64,000 nt of DNA from Nageia nagi (taxonomy: Eukaryota; Plantae; Pinophyta): assembly GCA_050084985.1 (NCBI GenBank), contig JBITNC010000001.1, positions 100,998,001 through 101,062,000 on the forward strand, read 5' to 3'. This document shows, piece after piece, positions 40,101-52,300 of this stretch (the first letter of the stretch is position 1; every line of letters begins with the position of its first letter). The notes below the pieces were generated by a model, which was given only the letters and a program-made list of their open reading frames with translations, was not told the origin of the DNA and did no database searches. Made by a program: the position numbers and the translations under genes.

Positions 40101-42342
40101 TGTAATGTACCAAAATGCAAAAACAAACACCCAAAACAGATTTCTATGCAAAACAACATATCTGAAATATTTTTGGATTTTTTTTTTATTAATTTTTCTC
40201 TCACATGCAAAACCCTAACTGAAATTACAATAATTGGAAATGACATATCTTACATAATACAAACTGAAAATCACATCCAAATGATGAAACCAACCGTACA
40301 AACTCTAGATTTGCAACTTTGATCCCACAAGATGACTCCCAATTACTCCCTCCTATGACATCTGGCTTCCTGGTTGTAGATCTGCATCTCAAATCTGCAA
40401 AATTGGGCTTTTAGGGCTAACATCTTGTGACGTCCTTTTTGTGTTCCGAACAACTTTAGTGGATTCTTGAGAATCCCATTGTAATATAGGTTTATGTTAT
40501 GTTATTCTTCCATATTGTAACTCGGGATAGGAGACTATTGGGTCATTGACCCCCATTGTGAGCCCCAAGTGGGACGCCTTCCTCCTGTGGAATAGCATAG
40601 GAGATTTATTAGTGTAGGCTCATTATGCATGCGTCAAGCCAAGAGTGGCCCCACGTCCACCCTAGGAGACCTAGCAACACCTTGAGGCCCCACGTCAGCC
40701 TTCCTGTGACCTCCGTGCATGCATGGCACTTCCGAGGCACACGCTAGCTGTTTGAGCATAAGGAGGACCCACTTGGTATGTTTGGACACTTGAACACCCA
40801 CGTTGGGCATTATGGGCCCCTTAGTTGGTCAACGTTGGAAATAAAGGAGAATTGGTGACTTTGAGGCAGGAACACAACGTGAGATTATAAATAGATCTTG
40901 GAGGCTCATTTAAGGACAGCTATTAATGATTACTTCTTTTATTTGACTTCCGGACCGCAAGTCTTAGCCAGGGATGAGCAATTCTACCTAGACGGAGCAT
41001 CTAAAGGATGATTTGGCTCAGGGATCCTAATTGTCTTGACTTGGTGTAGCATCAAGTCCATCCATTGGCATCCGAGGGTTCCATTCCTTCCATTCAATTG
41101 GATTTCCAATGTTTGAGAGCCCCTTCGTTGGGAAGGAGTCGAGGGCTAAGGGAGTGAATTTGTCCCATTTTTCTGAGTTGCCTTTGTGATTGATTGTGTA
41201 TATCCGGCCGTTTTGAAGAGGCCACAATTGCCATTTGGCTAATGTAATTGTCTCCATTGAATAAACATATCATTGAGGATTCCTATCCATTCTTGTGTTA
41301 TGAATGATCATTGCATGCATGCATTGGTATGGGGTGAATGCGTTATTTGTATTGCTCTTATTAATGATTGATTAGTAAGGAGGGCTGACGTCAAGCTTGT
41401 GGAGTTCTTGGGAGCCCTAGAGTCTCAACATTGGATCTTGGAAGATGTGTTGAGGGTTTTGGAAACCCTAGCCAGGTTTAAATTGATGTATTTGGCACGA
41501 GTGTTCATTTGGAACATTACACATCCCTCCGTCTAGGGTTATTTTGACCCTCCAATATGAAAATAGCCCTCTCCTAGGGCTAACGTCCCTCTCCAAGGAC
41601 TTCTTTCAGCTAAATCAATGCTCAAAATACATCAATCTTGCCCTCCAATTGGTTGATATGATCTTTGTTCCTGTTATGCTTTGCCCTCCAGTAGGCAGAA
41701 TTGCACTTATCCTCATTGTTGCTCCAAGTTTATGCTCAAATCACAAACCCTGAAATGAATATGTCAGATATGGATGGGTAGAAAGCTAGTTGGCCTAGCC
41801 TCCACTGGAATAAATCCAATGGGAACCTCGAAAACTCAAAGAGATACTTCCAACTATCTCCAAGAGCCCAAGAATTCTTCGAAATCCTTCCAATTCAATA
41901 TCTAACAACAACAAAAATGAAGTGTTAGATTTCTTTTATTCTCTTACCCTAATGCCAAGATAAATCCCAAGCTTAGATCTAATCATGAAGGGTTGAGATT
42001 AGATCTCGCATACACAAGATCTAAGGGCTACGATATAATCTTGCATTGAGGTCACTTAAACATATTACAAAAACGTCTACCCAACTAAAAGCATAAATTA
42101 ATGGCCTTTTCTAACCCAAAACACTCCCAAATACTTAAATAATTCTCCTAACCCATATACTAAGATTTGACTTGCCAAAACACATCTATTAACCCTTATA
42201 ACCCCCATTTTAACCACAAAATATGATAAAATACCCTATATGATGCCCAAAGGCTAGACAACCCTTGCCAAGAGACCCACAAATACATAATAAACACAAA
42301 AGAAATTATTTTACAATGCTAGAAATAATTGGGGACATTACA
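40101..42342 (-). mobile_element. Solo LTR Y nested in B
   Basis: TGTAATGT...ACATTACA 8-bp TIR; TSD TTTTG/TTTTA; reverse-complement relative of X. Confidence 0.88.
40426..41521 (+). mobile_element. Solo LTR Z (1096 bp) nested in Y
   Basis: TGTGAC...ATTACA; TSD CATCT/CATCC; TATAAATA ~40887; CCACGT motifs. Confidence 0.9.
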
Positions 42343-42819
42343 TTTTAGGTGTTTTTGGAGAGTTTTGAGGTGTCCAGGAGCTTATTTTCTATCTTAGCAG
42401 CCACACGTCCAGCCTAGGGGAAGAGAAATTTCAGATCTAGGGTTTTTGGGACAGACATTGACATCTCAACCTTTGAGAAGACATGTTTTGACAAGCTGGA
42501 GATGTTTTGAGGTGCTTTTGTGTTTAAGATACCTTTTGTTGTGCCCACACAACACACCCCAAGATGCAACATTTTGGGAACCCTACTGTTTTTGAATGCA
42601 ATGGATGACAGTACCTAGAGGTGACTATACAACGGCTAGAGAAAAGAGTCAAAGCGGCCAAGTGATGAAGCAGTGCACACAAATACCCATAGAGGCACCA
42701 AGTCAGTTCAGTGTGTCCAAGGGCCATTCATGGTTCGGTTTCAAGCAACATCAAGTAGGATGCAGTTTTGGATCACGGCAGCGACTAGGAAAGAAGTTTT
42801 TCACCAAGCGACCAACAAA

Positions 42820-43480
42820 GCGTAAAAAGGCGCATTTTCACAACATTTTAGAGCAAGACTGGCAGAGTTGATGAAAAAGAACATTTTTTCAAGAAATGAG
42901 CTCATAGGTGCCTAGCATCACAAAAGGCATTTTTTTGCAAAATTGGAGCACAAAGGTACCTAAGTAGCAAAAATGAGCATTTTTGTCACTTTTGGGTCCG
43001 GGTGCCTTGAAAATGACAAGGATGACAAAAATGGACATTTTTGTCAAAGTTGACCTTGGAAAGCTAGAAAAGGGCAAGGTAGAAAAGTGCGTTTTGGTCA
43101 CTTTTGGGCCCGAAAATGCTCAATATGGTAAAAAAGGTGCATTTTGCACGATTTGAGTCTAGAAAGCTCAGAAATGACTAAAAGTAGTGAGTTGAGCCAT
43201 AATGGCCAGAAATGCTCAAAAATGTCAGAAATGCCAGAAAAGGTCATTTTTTCACACTAAGGGCCTGGAAATGCCGGAAATGGGCAGAATTGAATACTTT
43301 GAGCCCGGAAAGGTAGAAATGGTCGTTTTTTCACCATTTGAGTTCGAAAATCATTGAAAATGCAAAGTTTGAGCTTTGACGGTGTCAGAAAACGCGTTTT
43401 GATCGAGTTTGAGCTCGGAAACGCCGAGAGTGATCGAAAATGCATAGATTGAATCTAGAATGTTCGAAAATGCAAGTTTG
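42820..43480. repeat. Degenerate ~45-55-bp repeats with AAAA-N4-5-CATTTT motif and phased A/T tracts
   Basis: Motif at ~42825, 42873, 42920, 42969, 43027, 43083, 43131. Confidence 0.6.
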
Positions 43481-43489
43481 AGTAGCCTT

Positions 43490-44975
43490 AGCCCCAGGCA
43501 CATTTTCCCAAGGTGTTGAAGATCCAAGTGAGAAAAATGGTGCATGTTTCTTATAGATAACTACAAATGATATCAAAATTCGAGTCTAAGAGTGTATTCG
43601 GACAAAAAAGGTGAATTCTATCACAGTTTAGGCTCAAAATTTTCAATTTTGACCAAGTCTATGGCACTCTGAAGCTACGCGCAGTTTTTCAAGCCTATTG
43701 GAAATCCATAGAGATGCATTTTGGTGCCTAGATAGTAAATAAAAAGTGGAAATGCATCAAAAATAAAATCTAAATGCATGAATGAGTGGAAAAAATGGTT
43801 TTAAGCCACATTAGGTCTCAAAATTTTTGGTTTTGAGCAAGTAAAGACCCCCAATTTGCTAGGCGCAAGTTTTTAGATGTTTCCAAAACCATTGAAGTGA
43901 AAAATGGCACCTAGGTTGACAAGATAGGATCATTTTTTACCAAAAATCAAGTTTAAGTGCTTGGGAACAAGGAAAACGTGATTGCAAACACATTTAGGTC
44001 TCAAAATTTTCGATTTTGAGCACATTTGGCCACCCTAAAGGCTACGCACAAGTTTTGAGAGCTATGGAAATCCAATGAGGTGAAAAATGGTGCCTAGGAT
44101 CAAGGAATTTGATAAATTGTGGTCAAAATTCAAGTTTTAGGGGTCTACAAGGTGTAAAATGTGATTTCTAGCACATTTAAGTCTTGAAAAATTCGAAAAT
44201 GAGCAAGTTTTGACCCTCCAAATGCTAAGCGCAAGTTTGCAAATGTTTCAAATTCCATAGGGATGAAAAATGGCGCCTAGCTTGGAGGGATAAGTGAAAA
44301 ATGCACTAAAATTTGATCCCAAGGTGTCAATTGCATGGAAAACCCCATTTGGAGCACATTTGTAACTACAAAATTCGAATTTTGAGCAATGGAAAGGCAC
44401 CTAAAGGCTAGGCACAGGTTTTCATGCCATTGGAAATCCAATGGAGTGAAATCTAGCACCTAAGATGGAAATATTTTGCAAATTTTGCTCAAAACTCAAG
44501 TGTGAAGGGTCCATTGGGTCAAAAACATCATTCTAAACACATTTAAACTTGCAAACTTCCAAATTTGAGCAAGGGAAGTGGCCCAAAATCCTAGGCGCAG
44601 GTTTGCTAATTTTTCTAAAACCAATAAAGTGAAAATCAGCGCCTAGCATGAAGAGTGAAAATTTTGCAAACAAATCAAATTTTTTTCACATGGTTGCATG
44701 GAAAAGGGCATTCTAAGCATGTTTAAACTTACAAATTTTCAAAATTGAGCACTAGAAATGCCCCAAAAAGTCAAGTGCAGGTTTCCAAGCCATTGGAGAA
44801 CCCAAAAATGAAAATTGGTGCCTAGATGCAAGGAGAAAGCCCCAAAAGCCATCAAAATTCAATTTTGGGCATATAGATGGGTGAAGGAAGTGATTTGAAT
44901 CACATTTAAACTTTGAATTTTTCCATTTTGACCCAAGGAAGTGCCTCAAAAAGCCAGGCGCAGGTTTGCAATCCT
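43490..44975. repeat. 183-bp tandem array (8 full units + 1 partial), each with CTAGGCGC-N40-GCGCCTAG
   Basis: Left arms at 43494, 43675, 43859, 44042, 44225, 44408, 44591, 44771, 44954; alternating subtypes. Confidence 0.9.
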
Positions 44976-45083
44976 ATGAAGTGTTTAAAGGCTCCAAAAA
45001 CTTAAAAACTATGCAAAATGCACCCCTAGAGCATTTTTTAGGTCACAAACCCACTAAGAAGCATGCAAAAGGCACAAAAAAAC

Positions 45084-45089
45084 TATAAA
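45084..45089 (+). promoter_or_regulatory. TATA box for the element B ORF
   Basis: CTATAAA then CTCATTTG ~20 nt later. Branch-like CTAAC (45810) and CAG acceptor (45831-45833) just before ATG 45843. Confidence 0.5.
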
Positions 45090-45842
45090 CACCCCCCTAA
45101 GCCTCTCATTTGCTCCACAAACACTCTCCTTGAACCTCCATGCACCCATTTTTGAGTAAAATCCTCACAAACCCTTACAAAATTGCTCAAAAACTTCAAA
45201 ATTGCTCACAAGATCCAAAATAAGCCAAAACCTTGTCAAAATTTTTCAAGGATCTTAGAATTCCATTCTCTATCCACCCATTAGGTCAAATCCATTTTTT
45301 AAAAAATTTCAAAATTTCAAACCCCCTTAACTTTTGGCCATTTTCAAACTTTTTGAAAAAAGGTGAAAAAACACAAAAAAACACTTTTTTCAAGGCTAAA
45401 AACTCCAAAATTTTGAATGATCCAAACTTTGAAGTGAATACCATAGTGATAGATCCCATACAAGAGAGTAGCCTCCATCATTCACTTCTCCCGAACAAAG
45501 CTTGAAAACCCACTTTGCATCCCCATATTTCCAAGCTTTGAAGCTGCAAAAACTTGTCAAAAAACGAATACATGGGCTAAAAAAACAACGAGCTAATTCA
45601 AACCCCGAAAACTCAAAATTTTTCTCAGAGACTTGGCCACAAGCCTCCTAGATTTATTAGCCAACATCCCATGTACTTGTTTCCCACTTTCGAAGAACTT
45701 CAAAATTCTCGAAAATCCACACTTGAAATCTAAAAAAACTAAAAATAAGCCAAAAATTTGACTCTGTTTTTTTGCTCCAAAATCACTCCGGAGATACCCA
45801 ATACCACTCCTAACACCTTGTTGTACTCCACAGGTTTGAATC

Positions 45843-48800
45843 ATGAGCATTGATAAGAAAAACAAAGAGCTCCAGATGGAGAAGCTCATGAAGACTAGCC
45901 TGATCACCCTAGAAAAACGAGGCAAGGCTCTCTTCCCTACAGCTATGCTAGTAGATGGCCTTGGACAAATCAGGGACATAGATTGGGCAAACACTGACCC
46001 CGTTAAGTCATTAGAGAAGATGGCCAAGATCCCACACGAACGACTATTCAATGATACACTTGCTCAATGCAGGATCGTTGAAGCTTCTTTGATCCCTTTT
46101 ACCGCTCCATTCCCAGAACTATGCCTCGAGGTAGCAAGATATTGCGACACAAAGGAGAGAGTCCTCAACAATGAAGGCACAAAGATACTAGATTTCACAA
46201 TGGAAGGAATAGATAGCGCATTTGCATGGAGTAACGAAGGCATCATATTCTCCATGAAAGAGTTCGTCAGATTCTATAACAGCTTGACCAAGCTGGGGAA
46301 TTTGATAAGAGACTAGCTAGTTGACGAGTGCAAAGATTAAAAGGCAAAGGCCTTAAGTCAACCCAAAAGGATAGACTTCTATCCTACAATCTCAACCATT
46401 ATCAGTATGTTGTGCAGAATCATGGACAAGAAAATGATCAAGATTCAGAAAGGAGTTTGTGGGTTTCATACATCATATCAACAGAGGCAAAGGGATCAGA
46501 TGGAGTAAGGTGATCAGCAACTGCTTAACTCAACAATTGTTTAGAATTGTAGAAACAAAGAGATTCTACATGAGCTCTTACTTAGTATTCCTGTTCTACA
46601 TGGCAAGAACAGAAAATCCACCATAGCAGATACCAAGTACCTCTTTGACCCAGGAATGCCAATATCGTGGACTTACCCTAGATTCATGTTGGAAAACTAG
46701 TGGGACGAATTCAAAATGATGAATGAAGGATTTGAGTGCTATATATATATAGAGGTAAAGGGGACCGTCAATATGACCAAGATATCACAAGCAGCAATCC
46801 AAGTTCTTCAAGGACATGCAGATTTTTATCTTGAAGAAACAAATGCCACATATATCAGGGTTTACGGGTCAATTGAGCCACCTTACAAACTTCCTCGTTA
46901 TGCAAGTGATTGGTTCATCTTGATGGAATTTTGCAGACACTTGTCGTACTTACATGAAAAAGTTTGGTGCAAAAAAGGTGGCACCACGTGCAAATTACCT
47001 ATCCACATAGGGGAGTACGAATGCACGTCATGGCATCAAGTCAAGACAATGAAGATGGAGTTGGCATATTACGGCTTCACAGTAGAACATGCAGTAGAGT
47101 ACTATGATCCTGAAGGTGTAATCGATGCATTCTACAAAAAACCTGGCAAACCGATTACCCTCACAAGTCCCTAGGAAAACTCGAAAGATACAGAAATATA
47201 GATGACATTGAGCAAATCAGCAAGATAAACAGGGACTTGGCAGCAGAAGAGAAGCTCAAGCAGACCGTGACCAAGAAGAAGAAGAAAAGAGGTCTGCAAG
47301 AGGAGAATGCAATAGCCAAGATACATCCTTTGATAATCCTTAAAAAGAATCCCCTGATTCCGTGTGAACCGCCACCAATTTCACCTTCAGTGAGATTGAC
47401 ACTGGGGTAGTTTGGTCAATATGCCACACTCATTGTTCAACAAAGGAAAACTATTGATCAGACCATACAGGGATTATTGCAAGAGATAAGAAGCACTAAA
47501 GAGACTGGAAGCACTTCGCATCCATACAAACGCTTAAAAAAGTAGGTGGAAGTCCCTCCCAAATGTCCATCCCAAGATGGACAATTATATTATCTTGGCC
47601 CTAGTTCTCTTACTTCTCCTCCTTCTAGTGACAGCGAGGATGAATATGACATTGACGAAGGAGACCTCTTGAGAGAACCCTTAGAAGATGGCCAGACATC
47701 TGAAATACCTTACATCTCACGCAATGAATCAGATTCATCAGTCGAAGAGATACAGACCATAAGTCCTCTTACCATGGCAGAACTCGCTCAAGCAACAAAA
47801 CCTACACCTACACGAGCTTCCACACCTCAACAACCAAAGAAGACACCTCCACCTTAGAGAAAACCTACATCACTTGCTTCAAGAAGGACCCCATCATCCA
47901 AGGCAATAGCTTCCTCATCAAGAGGGGACGAAGGAAATGAAGAGAATGAAGGTGAAGATGAAGACCAGAGGAAGAAAAAGAGAGAGGAAGAACATCAAGG
48001 GAATCCAAAGAGACAAGTGACTATAGTTGCCAATCCTGGGCTGAGTTACAATTTCGACATGGCGGTGCTCTTAAAAAACTTAAGAGCATAGCATCCATCC
48101 AAATCCCTTGCCGACCTTGAAACCGATCAAGAATCAGAGAATGAACTTGAGCATGTAGCCACTTACATCTCGATGAAGGGTAATTCCATTGTCACAGATA
48201 CTATTGCTGCAAGAAGGAAAAAGAATGTTGATGGAGAATTTGCATTAGTGGTGGAAACACGAGAAGAGCCATGTAAAGCAATCGGAACTTTGGGCAGGCA
48301 ACATGCAATAGTTTCTAATGTTGCAGCGCTGACAGAGGAGAACACATCACAGAAGGTAAATTGGTTGAAAAGAGGAAGTTGAAAGTTGATATCCAAGCTG
48401 CTAACCTAACAGTTGAAGACATCAAGAAGTAGATCTCGTTGAATACGGGGATTCAAGCGGTCAAACAAGAGTGGATTAATCAGACCAAAGAGGCTATTCA
48501 AGAGTTATTCCTAAGAATAACTAATTTCTTTATTGAAGACAATGGATCGTTCGTCACTCAAGATAGGATCCGTGAACTGATTGCTAGTTGAGGCAATAGT
48601 TATCAGGTGATGCATGAGCTAAGAAGGAAAGCTGTCGGCATGCCAATAATACCGGAGTACTGTCATCCATTCTTTTACCAATATGATTGGCTATTCTATG
48701 CTATTTCAAAATGTCAGGATTTCATCCAAGTCCAAACAAATTTCAAAGCGGACATGAAGAAACAGCTAGCAAAATACCAATTTGATCTAAGGTTGATCGA

Positions 48801-49107
48801 GGAAGATGGACGCAGCAGGGACTATTCCACAATAATAAATGAGGTCCAGCTGATGATCAACACTTACCTCGAAACTGAAGATATTAATGTCCTCAAATCT
48901 AGCAAACGGCTCAAATATGGTAGCAATATGGCAGTATGGTGTAGCGAAATGAAGAAGACTTCAAAGACCATCACCACATATCTGTTGGCAAATAAAGGGA
49001 TAATGGAGATCCTCAACACCGGAGTCAAGAACAAAGAAATCTTCATTGGCACAAACTTCAAGGCCACCATCGCATCACATGTGCAAACCACAAATCAGCC
49101 ATCGTAA
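45843..49107 (+). pseudogene. Element B long ORF (~1090 codons, several stops and frameshifts)
   Basis: Fragments 45843-46316, 46716-47174, 47546-47857, 48173-48382, 48607-49107 are collinear with the element A ORF. Confidence 0.85.
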
Positions 49108-49308
49108 TTTTTGTCATTTTCGAAAATTTTGTAAATCAGTCAACCAGGAAAGTTGAGCACCAAAACTCGATTAACTTTGCTCACATGATCAGTCAGCCTG
49201 GTAAGTAGATCACCAAAAGTCAGCAGACTTAGTTGTAGCAGGCAACTATGTAATATTTTAATATATTTTTATAGAATTAGGGCAACACTTGGGAAACCCT
49301 AGAAATTC

Positions 49309-49316
49309 TATAAATA
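49309..49316 (+). promoter_or_regulatory. Second TATA box (LTR U3-type promoter) of element B
   Basis: AAACCCTAG...CTATAAATAG, preceded by a ~35-bp direct repeat (49134/49187) and followed by an R/U5-like 1-kb tail ending in CA. Confidence 0.6.
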
Positions 49317-52300
49317 GACCCAATGGGGTCACTTTTATAGAGATTGAAAGTTTGGATCTTTTCAAGGAATGAAAATTTTGGGAACAAGTTCAAATTTTTT
49401 GTAGGAGAAAAATTGTGAAAACTTTTTATGTAACTCTTGTACAAAGAAAATACAAAGTGGTTAATGCAAAGACTTGAGTTTGACACTCTTCATATTGATG
49501 ATATGAATTGATTCTTTGAGGGCACTCATAGTTGGTTTGTTTACTTTCATTATATTACTTTGAAAGCTCTTGGGCTTTAGGGAATTTATCTCTGAAAAAC
49601 ATTAAAAAGTGCTTGAAGCCTACCTATGTTTGTTGCTTGGTACTTAGCGTGCAAGTTTATTGGGTATTCTATGTCAGTTTCTACTTCTATGACATCTTGT
49701 TAGGTCCTTCATCCAAAACTATGATCCATTCACTTTGAGACCTTCCATTTCCATTCAATTGAATTGATCCTATTCGTAGAGAACCGACAATTGGCATTCC
49801 TCCCTGCTCCTCTTTGAAGCATTTCGAACGTGAAGTTGTTTGCTTGCAAGGTTGGATGAATTGGATGAAGAGTCCTTAATCGATCCAGAAGACATTAACT
49901 CTTAGACACTTTCCCATCAGTGAACCTCAACCTCATATCTAACCAGGTATTCTTTCCTTCTCCAAGCTATTTTCCATCACCTCTTTATAGTATTTACCTT
50001 TATGCTTTCATACCAAATATGATTGTTAAATACACACACAAAAGCTCCGAACAAACTCTATACATCAAAGAATAAAACATCATTGGTTAACAGACTATAT
50101 ACCTCTCATTCCATTCCATTGAGGCTGATTCCAAAGAGGGATACCGCACATTATTTCTATATCTATCCCTATTCAGAAAACACACCAGGTGAACAAACCT
50201 TACAATATCACGACGTTGGGGTCGTTGGCAAAGTGTTTCAACAAGAGCCTTGGACGTACACAATCCTTTTCAACCGGGGGAATTGGTAATGCATTCCCAA
50301 CTATGTTGCTCGAGATCTCGTAAGTTCCGCCCGCGATATTCAGAGTGTCCTGTACGGGAAAGAAAAGCATCCCAACACCTTCTTTTCATGTTGTTATTTG
50401 TTGTAGGTTGCAATAAGGGTTTTTGTTGAAGGAAAAATAAATAAAAAATTTAGAGTTTCATATCTATGTTTGTTTGCTATTTTCTTGTGTTTGGAATTTT
50501 TGTATTTGGTGTGTTTCAGCTATGTACTTAGAAATAACACATTTTACTGAAAGATACACAAGGCTACCAACAAGTTGTCTACACAATGTGCCATTGACTT
50601 TCTTTGAAGAAGACATAACACTCAACTTCATCCCAACCTTAGAAGGTGTAGTTACAGGCTTACAATCAAGCATTGTAAATTTCTTCAACACATTTAAGGC
50701 ATACATAGATTTAGAAAGCATAGGTCTACCTTATTACTACCAAACTTGCATAGTCAAAAAATAGTGCATCAATCCCAAGCCTCTCATCTTAAAAGTTTTC
50801 TCCAATTGTGCTTTAGTGTCAATAATAAGTGGCAAATAACTACCTATAATTATCAAATCATTGACATACAAGGCAATCATAAGGATGTGGCCATCACAGT
50901 TCATCGCATACAAATCGAGATTCTTGCTCCTAAATCCTACATGCAATAAATCCTCATTAGTTTTATAGTACCAAGCGCTTGGAGCTTGTTTGAGGCCATA
51001 TAATGATTTCTTCAACCTAAAGACAAATGTCTTCACCATGTTGCATATAAATATCCCCTACTAAATCATCATTCAAGAAAACAATCTTCATATCTATTTG
51101 ATGAATTTCCTTGCCAAATTTTGGAGCTAAAGCATTAGTACAAATTGTAGTCATCATTGCAATAGAAGTAAAAGTCTATCAAATCTATACATTCCTTTCA
51201 TGAGAAACCATTGGCCACCACTCATGCTTCTCCACTTCTCCTTCAGATGTGAATTTGGTCTGATAATGCCACTAGCTAAGTTTTCACCCTTCCAAAGTGT
51301 TGTCCATATCATTCTTCATCAAAGAACTGTAATCATCCTCCATTGTTGATTCCCATTTGAGATTTCATATTGCTGCCTAGTATGCTTGTAAATTTCTTGA
51401 ATACTCCTTGCTTTACTAGAGATTCAACATCATCATATTGTATATCTTTAGGAAAACTTGATTCGCCTAAAGAATAAGTCTCTACAAGATTTTAGTTGGT
51501 GTCACTCTAGACTCTAAACAAATTCATTTTAAGCAACCATTATAGGAAAGGAAGAGTGTTTTCTTTGAGAAATGTTATCATCAAGAAAAATAGAATCTTC
51601 ATCAGACAACACATCTCTCTTAATAAGAATTTATTTTGTTTGAGGATAATGCAACTTACATGCTTTGGACTTCTCACTATATCTAGTCATAATGAACTTC
51701 ACTCTTCTAATCTAGCTTTGATCTTTTCTTATCTGGAATAATGATGTAAGCACCAGAACGAGAGACTCGAAAATATGAAACATGTGTTATTGTATTGTTT
51801 GCTTCAAGCCAAAATTTAAGATCCATTTCTTAAAGGGCAACATGCACCTAGCAATCTCCATAAAGTGCCATTTTTTCTTTCTACCACCCATTTTGTTGTG
51901 GTGTACAAGCAATAATGGATTCTATTTTATTCCTTTATCTTAATTCAAGAAGGCACATATTCTCCACTAATATCTGTTCTAATTATCGTGACAAATTTTC
52001 CACTTTGGTTCTCAACTAGTGCAATGAATTCTTTGAATCAATCAAACAATTTACTCTTTAGGAAATAAACCCATATGTTTCTACTATAATTGTCAATGAA
52101 TGAATGTATGAACATATCATGAACCTATAAGTGATTTTGCATTGGACCTAATCGAATCACTGTGCACTAATATTGAGGAATAATGGCTCTTCCGTATGAT
52201 TTTCCATGCACGTAACTCTTGACATGTTTTCCCATGGCAAAACCTTTACAAACAAGCCTTTGTAATATTCTTGGAAAACCATGAACCATATTTCTTCGAC

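Larger units (their letters stand above)
40056..50377 (+). mobile_element. Element B: ~8.1-kb unit (40056-40100 + 42348-50377), homolog of element A, interpreted as a giant ORF-carrying solo LTR
   Basis: TSD CATTC/CCTTC; starts TA (TG>TA), ends CCCAACA. LTR X is continuous across it. Long ORF, two TATA boxes, no gag/pol. Confidence 0.75.
39256..50518 (+). mobile_element. Solo LTR X (own sequence 39256-40055 + 50378-50518)
   Basis: TGTAATG...TTTCA; TSD GCTAA/GCTAT; homologous to LTR Y at both ends. Confidence 0.85.

Noticed and set aside
45593-49091. Minus-strand ORFs (45593-46051, 46064-46255, 48163-48396, 48864-49091) and similar ones in A
   Set aside because: Shadows of the + strand ORF; not conserved between A and B.
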